Of a stretch of 64,000 bases of DNA, positions 9,155 through 16,848 are shown one piece after another. Positions within the stretch are counted from its first letter, which is position 1. The number at the start of each line of letters is the position of its first letter. The position numbers and the translations under genes were made by a program. The stretch is from an uncultured Flavobacteriaceae bacterium (GTDB taxonomy: Bacteria > Bacteroidota > Bacteroidia > Flavobacteriales > Flavobacteriaceae). The notes below the pieces were generated by a model that saw nothing but the letters and a program-made list of their open reading frames with translations, had not been told where the DNA came from and did not search any database. The stretch lies in NCBI GenBank assembly GCA_964454675.1, contig CAYVUB010000008.1, positions 15,250 to 79,249 of the forward strand, written 5' to 3'.

Positions 9155-9437
9155 TACTATCAGTTTTAAAAGGTGAGTAATTGGATTCTAAAAGGTTTTC
9201 TATATCTGAAACTTTGTAGTAAAATTTACCACGAATACGGCTATAGGATAGTGTGCCGTCATCTCTAAATGATTGAAGTGTACGACTGCTTATTTTCAAA
9301 GCTTTTGCAACTTCGTTACCGTCTATCCAACTTTCTTTTAAGTGGTCTAATTTCGATTTCTTTAATGCAAATATGTAAGCACTAACGACCTCAAAGTTTT
9401 GGACAAGCTGTTGCAGCATTATTAGTACTTCGTTCAT
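9141..9437 (-). CDS. Helix-turn-helix DNA-binding protein (excisionase/MerR-like HTH_17 type)
   Basis: 98 aa. VAKALKISSRTLQSFRDDGTLSYSRIRGKFYYKVSDIENLL. Overlaps both neighbouring genes by a few nt. Confidence 0.65.
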   Translation of the reverse strand: MNEVLIMLQQLVQNFEVVSAYIFALKKSKLDHLKESWIDGNEVAKALKISSRTLQSFRDDGTLSYSRIRGKFYYKVSDIENLLESNYSPFKTDSNGTK

Positions 9438-9733
9438 AGTCTTGGCTTTTTATTTTTTAATAAATAGTCGGTAGCCAATTTGTCTATTTCATCCGTAGAA
9501 GTAGAACGATTTCGCAATAGCCATTCGTCAAGCTCAATTCGTTTGAAATAAATTTTCTTTCCGTTTGGCTTATAGTGTGGAATACTTCCCGTACTAGTTA
9601 ATTTGTACAAGTGGGATTGTGATAATTCCAAATACTCGCAGGTTTCGTTGAAGTTTAATACTTCTTTACGAACCAAATTTTGTGTTTCAAGCAGCCGTGC
9701 AATTTTTTGAAGCTGCAATAAGACTTCTTCCAT
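9434..9733 (-). CDS. Helix-turn-helix DNA-binding protein (excisionase-like HTH_17)
   Basis: ETCEYLELSQSHLYKLTSTGSIPHYKPNGKKIYFKRIELDEWL. Start placed at MEEVLLQ (ATG at 9733). The longer 9856 start adds a Cys/His-rich low-complexity extension that runs over the repeat region. Confidence 0.65.
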   Translation of the reverse strand: MEEVLLQLQKIARLLETQNLVRKEVLNFNETCEYLELSQSHLYKLTSTGSIPHYKPNGKKIYFKRIELDEWLLRNRSTSTDEIDKLATDYLLKNKKPRL

Positions 9734-9762
9734 CGTATAACGATTTAAAATGTTATGAAATG

Positions 9763-9778
9763 GACTTTGCGCAAAGTC
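9763..9778. promoter_or_regulatory. Perfect 16-bp palindrome GACTTTGCGCAAAGTC, candidate operator 30-45 nt upstream of the HTH gene
   Basis: Read directly from the sequence. Both halves are exact reverse complements. Confidence 0.5.
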
Positions 9779-9821
9779 ATCGCTGTATCTCAACGACAAT
9801 GCAAACTTGCAAATACAATAC

Positions 9822-9955
9822 TGGTAATGGGGAAAATGGTAATTTGAAAACGCCAAAACCCTTACTGGGTAAGGGTTCTAAAAAAAAGTGGTAATTTGAA
9901 TTGGTAAATTGACAGAAAATTACCGCAATTTACCCGACAGGTAAATTGGTAATCC
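9822..9955. repeat. Cluster of about 8 GGTAAWTT motifs in both orientations (iteron-like), including two exact 12-mers TGGTAATTTGAA
   Basis: Exact 12-mers at 9837-9848 and 9889-9900. Further copies near 9822, 9903, 9940 and 9948, and inverted copies near 9916 and 9927. Confidence 0.55.
9857..9877 (-). terminator. Hairpin AACCCTTAC-TGG-GTAAGGGTT downstream of the 343-aa ORF
   Basis: Perfect 9-bp stem. On the minus strand it is followed by TTGGCGTTTTC. Confidence 0.45.
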
Positions 9956-10961
9956 AAAACTGATTGTCTAAGAATTGGGCTAATGCGGTCGCATCATTGC
10001 CCCAAGTTCTGAATTGTTTATCTATAGAAGCGGTGTATCTATGGTCAATGAACTTGCGAATATCAACTTGTTTTAGGGTGGTTCTCTTTTCAAAGTTTCT
10101 TTCGGAAAAGTATTTCTTCGATATGGCTGTATGAATTGCCGCGGCTAAGAGTTGTTTATTTCCGTGTGCATCGATAAAGTTGTAGTCTGCATCAATTATA
10201 TCGTGCTTAAACAATTCTTCTTCAAAAGCGGAAAAACGCTGTTCATTCCTAATGATTTTGTCGTAAGACAAAATACCTTTTTTGGGGTCTCTAAAATCAA
10301 ATGCTTTTCTTTCAAATGGCGTGGCATTCGGGTCTGCCTTAACCTGCGAAGCAGGTGTAGGCAAGTGGATATTATCTGCACTTGTGATAATGCCTGTTTG
10401 AAATACTGGTTCTGTAAAAAACTTTTGGTGTAACTCTTCAGCGGTATAAGCATCATCCTTTAAAAACTGCGGGTACACATTCTGAACTTCTAAGTATAAA
10501 GACAGTAAATGGTACTTTATCAATTGAAAGATATATGCTTCATCAGCTACATTACTATCTGATTTATTGGTTTGTGCAGTCCCCTTGATTTCATCCCATT
10601 GATAGTTTCTTTCTTCAATAAGGGTATTGATTTCTTTTAATTTTTGGGATAAAGGTTTTAAGGCTTGCTGGATAACAATATATTTTTTTTCATTATCGTT
10701 CAACGCCTCATCAATATTTGTTTTGATATGGTTTAGAAAATGTATTGTTCCATTTGTTGCAAGTATAAAATAGTATTTGCGTTTGGCACTTAATGGTTTA
10801 TTAAAAACGATTTTATAAAGTGGTTGATGATTATATACTTCTTGAGTTACTGCCTGAAATAGTTCTTTGTATTTATCCTCACGCAAATCCCTATTCATCC
10901 AAGGGCGAAGCCCTAAGAAGAATATTTCGTGAAAAATTGCAAGTGAATTATCCATACCCAT
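9930..10961 (-). CDS. Hypothetical 343-aa protein of the integrative element (between integrase and HTH genes)
   Basis: Intact ORF with coding-like composition and no recognisable motif. Its position is typical of element-encoded regulators. Confidence 0.55.
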   Translation of the reverse strand: MGMDNSLAIFHEIFFLGLRPWMNRDLREDKYKELFQAVTQEVYNHQPLYKIVFNKPLSAKRKYYFILATNGTIHFLNHIKTNIDEALNDNEKKYIVIQQALKPLSQKLKEINTLIEERNYQWDEIKGTAQTNKSDSNVADEAYIFQLIKYHLLSLYLEVQNVYPQFLKDDAYTAEELHQKFFTEPVFQTGIITSADNIHLPTPASQVKADPNATPFERKAFDFRDPKKGILSYDKIIRNEQRFSAFEEELFKHDIIDADYNFIDAHGNKQLLAAAIHTAISKKYFSERNFEKRTTLKQVDIRKFIDHRYTASIDKQFRTWGNDATALAQFLDNQFWITNLPVG

Positions 10962-10970
10962 AAGTATTAT

Positions 10971-12077
10971 TTACAAACCAATTTTGATTTTATTTGCAGC
11001 AACCGTTTTCTTTTCATCAATTACATTTGCATAAATCTGCGTTGTTTTCAAATGCCTATGACCAAGCAATTTTGATACAGTAAAAATGTCTGTCCCCAAA
11101 GTAAGTTGCAATGTGGCGTATGTATGCCTGGCACAATGGAAGGTAATATGTTTGTCTATTCCGGCTCTTGCAAGCCAACGGTACAAAGTATGATTGCGAC
11201 TATCGGAATAAACCATATTTGGAAATACATTTTCGCTTCCTTCGCCTCTCTCACCTGTTAGTGTAAACGCTTCATCAGATATTGGCAAAGTTTCAGATCC
11301 TTTGGTTTTCTTTTGTATGAAACGGATATAATGTCCAAGTTCTTCTGAGTGTTGCATTTCACTCCATTTTAATTTTTGAATATCACTAAAGCGCAAACCC
11401 GTAAGGCAACTGAAAAGAAACGCTCTTTTCATAAGGTCATTGCCACATTCTGTTTTGGCTAATCTTTTAACTTCATCCAAAGTGAGGAACTCACGGACCG
11501 GTTCGCCTTGTGGCAATCCTTCAACTGTTTCTCCCGGATTACGATTGATGATACCGTCTTTTACAGCTTGCTTTATTGCGGCTCTGAACTTGTTGAAATA
11601 GCTATTTTTTGTATTAGTAGAAATTTGCGCCCCTGTTTTGGTAACAGCTTTCTTTACCAAATATTCTTTAAAGCCTTCGATAAACTGTTTATTTAATTGA
11701 CTGAATTGAATATCACGTGGGCAATACTTTTTCAGATGCTTTATTGTACTATCCCAATTTCCATAATTACCCATACTATCTTTACGCTTTTCTGCAAGAC
11801 TTTCCATATAAGCAATAAAGTAATTTTTCAACTTCTCTTTATCGTGCAAGTCGTATGTATTGGATTGAATTTCTAAATGTCTTTTACTGCGGATAGTTTC
11901 AGCTAAAGCCAATATCTTTTTGTTCTCCTCCTTTTCAGCATTGGAAAGTTTGCCCTTTTCAGGATTTGGTGTTAAGTACAGATTTAGGTATTCGTATTGA
12001 CGTTTACCATCTGCATAGTATTCGAGATAAAGGCTAATCTTATTGCCTTTTTGGCGTTGGCGTAGGGTTACTTTCAT
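10971..12077 (-). CDS. Tyrosine recombinase / site-specific integrase (Bacteroidota phage-integrase family)
   Basis: 368 aa. Catalytic signature TGLRFSD...HCARHTYAT...LLGHRHLKTTQIYANV (R..HxxR..H..Y). N-terminal KISLYLEYY arm/SAM-like region. Confidence 0.9.
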   Translation of the reverse strand: MKVTLRQRQKGNKISLYLEYYADGKRQYEYLNLYLTPNPEKGKLSNAEKEENKKILALAETIRSKRHLEIQSNTYDLHDKEKLKNYFIAYMESLAEKRKDSMGNYGNWDSTIKHLKKYCPRDIQFSQLNKQFIEGFKEYLVKKAVTKTGAQISTNTKNSYFNKFRAAIKQAVKDGIINRNPGETVEGLPQGEPVREFLTLDEVKRLAKTECGNDLMKRAFLFSCLTGLRFSDIQKLKWSEMQHSEELGHYIRFIQKKTKGSETLPISDEAFTLTGERGEGSENVFPNMVYSDSRNHTLYRWLARAGIDKHITFHCARHTYATLQLTLGTDIFTVSKLLGHRHLKTTQIYANVIDEKKTVAANKIKIGL

Positions 12078-12121
12078 TTCTTTCAGTTATAATAGTTACT
12101 AAAAATCCCAAACAAAATATC

Positions 12122-12211
12122 GGGCAACAAATTCTAATCAGGGCAACAAATATTCAATTTGGGCAACACTATGGCAACAAATATAAGAAAATAAGTGCAA
12201 ATGGGCAACAA
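12122..12211 (+). repeat. Five direct copies of GGGCAACA(A) with helically phased spacing, between the integrase start and the mnmE stop
   Basis: Copies at 12122, 12141, 12161, 12173 (GGCAACAA) and 12203. Successive offsets are 19, 20, 11 and 31 nt. Confidence 0.7.
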
Positions 12212-12277
12212 AAAAGGGAAAGAAAATGATAATTAAATTAATGAAAAACAATCATTTAGTAAACAAAAGAAAGTGTT

Positions 12278-13699
12278 TTACTTTCCGATACAAAAATTCG
12301 CAAATATATTCCCCAACAAATCATCATTGGTAATCTCTCCTGTAATTTCCCCAAAATAATACAAAGCCTGACGAATATCAATAGCCATCAAATCAACAGA
12401 CAAACCGCTTTCCAAACCGAAACGCACTTTTTGGATTTCTTCGAGGGCTTTTAAAAGTGAATCATAATGCCTTGTATTGGTAACTATGGTTTCGTTGTTT
12501 CGTAAAGCTCCTGTGTTTACGAAAGATAAAAGCGTGTTTTTAAGTTCTTCGATTCCGATGTTTTGTTTGGCTGAAATTGTTTCAAGTTTCAAGTTCCAAG
12601 TTTCAAGTTTGGATTTAATGGAATTTAATTCACTTTCTGAAAGCAAATCAACTTTGTTGATAATAACTACAAGTGGTTTTTGTGGATATTTGTTTTTGAT
12701 TTTCTCGATTTCAACTTGAAACCTGAAACTTGAAACTCGTAATTCTTTTGCATCGAGCAAAAGAATTACGACCTGTGCCTGTTCAATTTTCTCAAAAGTC
12801 TTTTGGATTCCGATGCTTTCCACTACGTCTTTCGTATCTCTGATTCCTGCTGTATCTATAAAACGAAAACCGATTCCGTCAATAACGAGTTCATCTTCAA
12901 TCGTATCCCGTGTTGTTCCTGCAATATCCGAAACAATCGCTCTTTCTTCGTTCAGCAGTGCATTTAAGAGTGTAGATTTTCCTACGTTGGGTTCTCCGAC
13001 AATAGCAACGGGAATTCCGTTTTTAATGACATTCCCGACAGCAAAGCTGTCAATCAAGCGTTTTAAGACAAATTCGATTCGGTTTAATAGTTCTTTGAAT
13101 TGTGTTCGGTCGGCAAATTCGACATCTTCTTCTGCAAAGTCGAGTTCCAACTCGATGAGTGAAGCGAAATTCAAAAGTTCTTCACGAAGCTTTGCAATTT
13201 CATTGCTAAAACCTCCACGCATTTGTTGCATCGCAATCTGATGTGAGGCTTCGTTATCGGAATTTATCAAATCGGCTACGGCTTCGGCTTGAGACAAATC
13301 CATTTTTCCGTTCAGAAAAGAACGCAGTGTAAACTCTCCCGCTTGTGCCATTCTGCAACCTTTACGAAGTAACAGCTGAATAATCTGCTGTTGGATAAAC
13401 ACCGAACCGTGACACGAAATTTCCACCACATCTTCTCCTGTATAGGAATTCGGGTTTTTGAAAACCGAAACCAATACCTGATCCAACACTTTTTCAGCTT
13501 GCCCTGAGCTTGCCGAAGGGTCAACGATATGTCCCAAATGAATGGTATGGGTTTTTTGTTTGGTCAAATCTTTATTTCTGACAGAACGAAAAACATTATT
13601 GGCTATAGCAACAGCATCACTTCCCGAAATTCGTATAATAGCCACAGCACCCGCTCCCGAAGGAGTAGCCAATGCAACTATGGTATCTTGGTTAAGCAT
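12278..13699 (-). CDS. mnmE: tRNA uridine-5-carboxymethylaminomethyl synthesis GTPase MnmE
   Basis: 473 aa. G1 GEPNVGKSTLLNAL, G3 DTAGIR, G4 NKVD, C-terminal FCIGK. Confidence 0.95.
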   Translation of the reverse strand: MLNQDTIVALATPSGAGAVAIIRISGSDAVAIANNVFRSVRNKDLTKQKTHTIHLGHIVDPSASSGQAEKVLDQVLVSVFKNPNSYTGEDVVEISCHGSVFIQQQIIQLLLRKGCRMAQAGEFTLRSFLNGKMDLSQAEAVADLINSDNEASHQIAMQQMRGGFSNEIAKLREELLNFASLIELELDFAEEDVEFADRTQFKELLNRIEFVLKRLIDSFAVGNVIKNGIPVAIVGEPNVGKSTLLNALLNEERAIVSDIAGTTRDTIEDELVIDGIGFRFIDTAGIRDTKDVVESIGIQKTFEKIEQAQVVILLLDAKELRVSSFRFQVEIEKIKNKYPQKPLVVIINKVDLLSESELNSIKSKLETWNLKLETISAKQNIGIEELKNTLLSFVNTGALRNNETIVTNTRHYDSLLKALEEIQKVRFGLESGLSVDLMAIDIRQALYYFGEITGEITNDDLLGNIFANFCIGK

Positions 13700-13718
13700 T
13701 ACAAATATAGTTTACCCG

Positions 13719-13726
13719 CAAAAATA
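13719..13726 (-). promoter_or_regulatory. -7 box TATTTTTG, 19 nt upstream of the mnmE ATG
   Basis: Matches TAnnTTTG on the minus strand. Confidence 0.4.
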
Positions 13727-13803
13727 GATAAAATTACTGCGTAACCTTGCTTAAACCATATTTCTTTAGTGTGCCTAAGTTTTATGGTTTCGGTACAACT
13801 TAC

Positions 13804-13811
13804 TATATTTG
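13804..13811 (+). promoter_or_regulatory. -7 box TATATTTG, 20 nt upstream of the TlpA-like gene
   Basis: Matches TAnnTTTG. Confidence 0.45.
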
Positions 13812-13831
13812 TGCATCAAAAAAAATGAAAA

Positions 13832-14986
13832 ATGAAAAAAAGTCTGTTAGTTTTAATCATAGCTGCTGCTGTTGTATCATGTAAAAACAGTGAACCGAAA
13901 GTTGACGGTTTTGTTGTAAACGGAAATGCCGCCGGCGTATATAACGGCATAAGAGCATATTTAAAAATTAAAGATGAGCGCGGCAGAGATATGGTTCTGG
14001 ATTCCGCAATTATTTTTGACGAAAAATTTACATTTAAAGGGTTTGCGTATTCCCCGGAAATAAAGTATTTATCTGTTAACAGCATTCCGGGCGATTTGCC
14101 AATAATCATTGAAAATGGCAATATTACCGTTACCATTGATAAAACAAATTTACAGGATTCTAAAATTGAAGGAAGCAAATCAAATGATGCATTAACAGCT
14201 TACAATGCCGCAACCAAAGTTTTAAATACCGAACGTTTTGAGCTAAATAAAACAGCAAGAGAGCTGCGTACCAGCACAGATACTGTTTCTATAAGAAAAA
14301 ACAATCTTCAAATTAAGGAAAACAGTAAAAAAATCACAGAGTATCCTTTTGAATTTATCCCTAACCATCGTGATAATTATTTCTCACTGATACTTTTAGA
14401 AACATTGCTGAAAGATCCAAATACCGATTTTGAAAAAGTTAACACTTTATTTGAATCAATGGATAATGGTTTAAAAATTTCTCCTCTCGGAATCAAAGTA
14501 AGCGCTCAGTTGTTTACTATAAAAAAAGAAAGTGAACGCGAAACCAATCTGAACATCGGTAAAATTGCGCCCCAATTTTCGGCACCGGATGTTAACGGAA
14601 ACATAATTGCACTCAACGATATAAAAGGAAAAGTCACAATCATAGATTTTTGGGCTGCATGGTGCGGTCCGTGCCGAAGAGAAAATCCCAACGTGGTAAA
14701 CGTGTATAACAAATACCATTCAAAAGGATTGGAAATTATGGGTGTTTCTCTTGACGGTTCTCCAACGCAACATGACGCTAAAGCAGCTTGGGCACAAGCT
14801 ATTAAAGATGATAACCTTACGTGGCATAATGTTTCAAACCTCCAGTATTTTAACGACCCTGTTGCTCAATTGTACAATATAAAATCGATTCCGGCAACGT
14901 ACATTCTGGATCGCAACGGAGTGATTGTTGCAAAAAATTTACGCGGAGCAGCCCTTGAAGCTAAAATAGAGGAATTGCTTAAGTAG
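13832..14986 (+). CDS. TlpA-like thiol:disulfide oxidoreductase lipoprotein (thioredoxin fold)
   Basis: 384 aa. Lipobox AAAVVSC. Active site WAAWCGPCRRENP in the C-terminal domain. Confidence 0.85.
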   Translation: MKKSLLVLIIAAAVVSCKNSEPKVDGFVVNGNAAGVYNGIRAYLKIKDERGRDMVLDSAIIFDEKFTFKGFAYSPEIKYLSVNSIPGDLPIIIENGNITVTIDKTNLQDSKIEGSKSNDALTAYNAATKVLNTERFELNKTARELRTSTDTVSIRKNNLQIKENSKKITEYPFEFIPNHRDNYFSLILLETLLKDPNTDFEKVNTLFESMDNGLKISPLGIKVSAQLFTIKKESERETNLNIGKIAPQFSAPDVNGNIIALNDIKGKVTIIDFWAAWCGPCRRENPNVVNVYNKYHSKGLEIMGVSLDGSPTQHDAKAAWAQAIKDDNLTWHNVSNLQYFNDPVAQLYNIKSIPATYILDRNGVIVAKNLRGAALEAKIEELLK

Positions 14987-15028
14987 GCGCTTGGTTAAGA
15001 GTGTTTTAACCTAAAAACCGAATACAAT

Positions 15029-15322
15029 ATGAATTTACGATTGTTTTTTCTGCTGCTATTTATTGAATCACTTTGTGTTGTTGCCGGAACTTTTGGACTT
15101 ATTTTTCTATTCTTTTTCCTTTTCGGTTCTGGTGCCGGTGCAAGTTCAGATAAAGCAATATTAACTGAAAATATTACGTTAGCCATTTTAACGTTATTGC
15201 CATTGATATTTGGAATTTTTAAATACAGAAATACAACAGAAAAAGAAAAAGCAAAAAGTTATCTATACTCAAGTTTGTTTGTAACAATTGTTAGCGGAAT
15301 TTATTTCGGATTAATAATGTAA
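15029..15322 (+). CDS. Small hydrophobic membrane protein, hypothetical
   Basis: 97 aa with three predicted hydrophobic segments. No motif recognised. Confidence 0.4.
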   Translation: MNLRLFFLLLFIESLCVVAGTFGLIFLFFFLFGSGAGASSDKAILTENITLAILTLLPLIFGIFKYRNTTEKEKAKSYLYSSLFVTIVSGIYFGLIM

Positions 15323-15428
15323 TGGCTCTAACCGCTGACAATAAATAGATTCATTTACACAAAATCAAATTAAGCCTGTTTAATTAGCTATAAAGTAAGA
15401 GTAACAACTCAATGAATCAAAAAAAACC

Positions 15429-16070
15429 ATGGCTGTAAAACACATAAAAAAAAATCTACTCATTTTATTTTTCGGAATTTTAATAGCCTCTTGTTCTTCT
15501 TCAAAAACTGAAAAGAAAAAGATAAGATATTTTAATGAAAAGAATGTAGAAATAAGCGAACCTGAATTTACCCGTATTCGCTCAACAAGAAAATTTTTAT
15601 CCATAGCAGGAGACTCTATAAATCATACAAAATTAATTGTTAGAGAAAACCATGGAGACATAACTAATAATAAAGATTTGAGAGATTTACTTGAAAATAC
15701 AACAAATTTAGAACGGAATCCAAATAAGCCAATTGTTATTATTTACTATCCCGGCAAAGATGCTTGTAACAGTAGCGGATTTACTTATAAAGGGAAAAAA
15801 ATGTGGTATGGGGAACTTGAGATAGGTTTAGATCAAATTGCACAAGTAAAGCCAATTTATATTTACAAAGATAATACCGGACTTAAAAAAAATGATGAAA
15901 CACTAATCTGGCACAAAGACCCGGAAGGCATAATTGAAAGATTATTTTTTAAACATCATTACCCTTGCAATAGTTTCGTCGTTATATCAAAAACGGGGAA
16001 TTTTATCAGTTATTTTGGTGAATTTACTAAAGAGTATGTCTGGGAAGCAACCCAGCGTATGAATAAATAA
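15429..16070 (+). CDS. Hypothetical lipoprotein
   Basis: 213 aa. Signal plus lipobox LIASCSSS. No family recognised. Confidence 0.55.
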   Translation: MAVKHIKKNLLILFFGILIASCSSSKTEKKKIRYFNEKNVEISEPEFTRIRSTRKFLSIAGDSINHTKLIVRENHGDITNNKDLRDLLENTTNLERNPNKPIVIIYYPGKDACNSSGFTYKGKKMWYGELEIGLDQIAQVKPIYIYKDNTGLKKNDETLIWHKDPEGIIERLFFKHHYPCNSFVVISKTGNFISYFGEFTKEYVWEATQRMNK

Positions 16071-16142
16071 GTTTCACAACAACATCTATAACCATTATTT
16101 TAGAACTTATTCCATTTTCTCAATACTCAATACTCATCACCT

Positions 16143-16793
16143 TCAAATCTTCCCTGTTTTATAAAGCACAAACAGGATAACGATAGGCAATGCGAGCAAC
16201 ACAACCATTAACGAACTGGTTTGAAACAATGACGGCGCAAGCATAAGCGTTACCACATAACCACCCAAAGCTCCGCCAAAATGTGCATCGTGACCTATAT
16301 TGCCTATGCGGTTTTTCATTCCATAGATAGAATACAGCAAATAACCAATACCAAAAACATAAGCCGGTATGCGTATGGGTATAAAAAACATATACAATTC
16401 CATACCAGGTTTTAACAAAATAGCCGCATACAAAACTCCGGTCACAGCACCACTGGCACCAACGGCACTGTAATGGTATTCGTCTTTATGAAAATAGAGT
16501 GACAACAAACTTCCCATGACCAGACTCGCAATGTATATAATAATAAAGCTGGTGCTGCCTAAATATGAAATGACCACATCGGCAAAAAAGTAAAGGGTAA
16601 ACATGTTAAAAAACAAATGCATCGTATCTACATGCAAAAACCCAGAGCTGAACATACGCACTTGCTCGCCTCGCCTGATGGCACCGACATTAAATTTATA
16701 CCGCTCAAAAAAACCGTAATCGCCAAATCCTTTGTAAGATATCATCACATTTGCCGCAATAATGATAATGGTAATCAAACTTATATCTCCCAT
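16143..16793 (-). CDS. Rhomboid-family intramembrane serine protease
   Basis: GASGAVTG serine motif and HFGGALGG histidine motif, multiple TM segments. Start placed at ATG 16793. The track start at 16802 is a TTG. Confidence 0.85.
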   Translation of the reverse strand: MGDISLITIIIIAANVMISYKGFGDYGFFERYKFNVGAIRRGEQVRMFSSGFLHVDTMHLFFNMFTLYFFADVVISYLGSTSFIIIYIASLVMGSLLSLYFHKDEYHYSAVGASGAVTGVLYAAILLKPGMELYMFFIPIRIPAYVFGIGYLLYSIYGMKNRIGNIGHDAHFGGALGGYVVTLMLAPSLFQTSSLMVVLLALPIVILFVLYKTGKI

Positions 16794-16817
16794 AACCTGC
16801 AATCTTTTAAAATAATT

Positions 16818-16838
16818 TATCTTTGCACTGCAAATCTA
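16818..16838. promoter_or_regulatory. Two -7 boxes arranged as an inverted repeat (TATCTTTG on plus, TAGATTTG on minus) for the divergent rhomboid and acyltransferase genes
   Basis: Sequence TATCTTTGCACTGCAAATCTA. The core TTTGCA-C-TGCAAA is palindromic. Confidence 0.4.
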
Positions 16839-16848
16839 ATATTTTAAA

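Larger units (their letters stand above)
1..12277. mobile_element. Integrative element (partial; left end outside the window) with integrase, HTH/excisionase-like genes, primase/DUF3987 replication module and defence cargo, adjacent to the 3' end of mnmE
   Basis: Gene content as listed above. All genes are co-oriented. Sampled lines look more AT-rich than the core, for example 13/60 G+C at 4201-4260 versus 25/60 at 27001-27060. The exact att boundary was not determined. Confidence 0.7.

Noticed and set aside
9734-9856. Longer start (9856) for the second HTH gene.
   Set aside because: The extra 41 residues are Cys/His/Tyr-rich low-complexity sequence. They run across the 16-bp palindrome and repeat cluster, which look regulatory. 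MEEVLLQ at 9733 gives a typical roughly 100-aa excisionase-like protein.
12078-12277. tRNA or tRNA fragment at the island junction as an integration target.
   Set aside because: I saw no T-arm consensus (GGTTCGAATCC-like) or acceptor-stem structure here or anywhere else in the window. The junction instead carries the GGGCAACA array.
14987-15028. Hairpin GGTTAA-GAGTGT-TTAACC after the TlpA-like gene as a terminator.
   Set aside because: The stem is only 6 bp and AT-rich, with no following T-tract. It is too weak to annotate.
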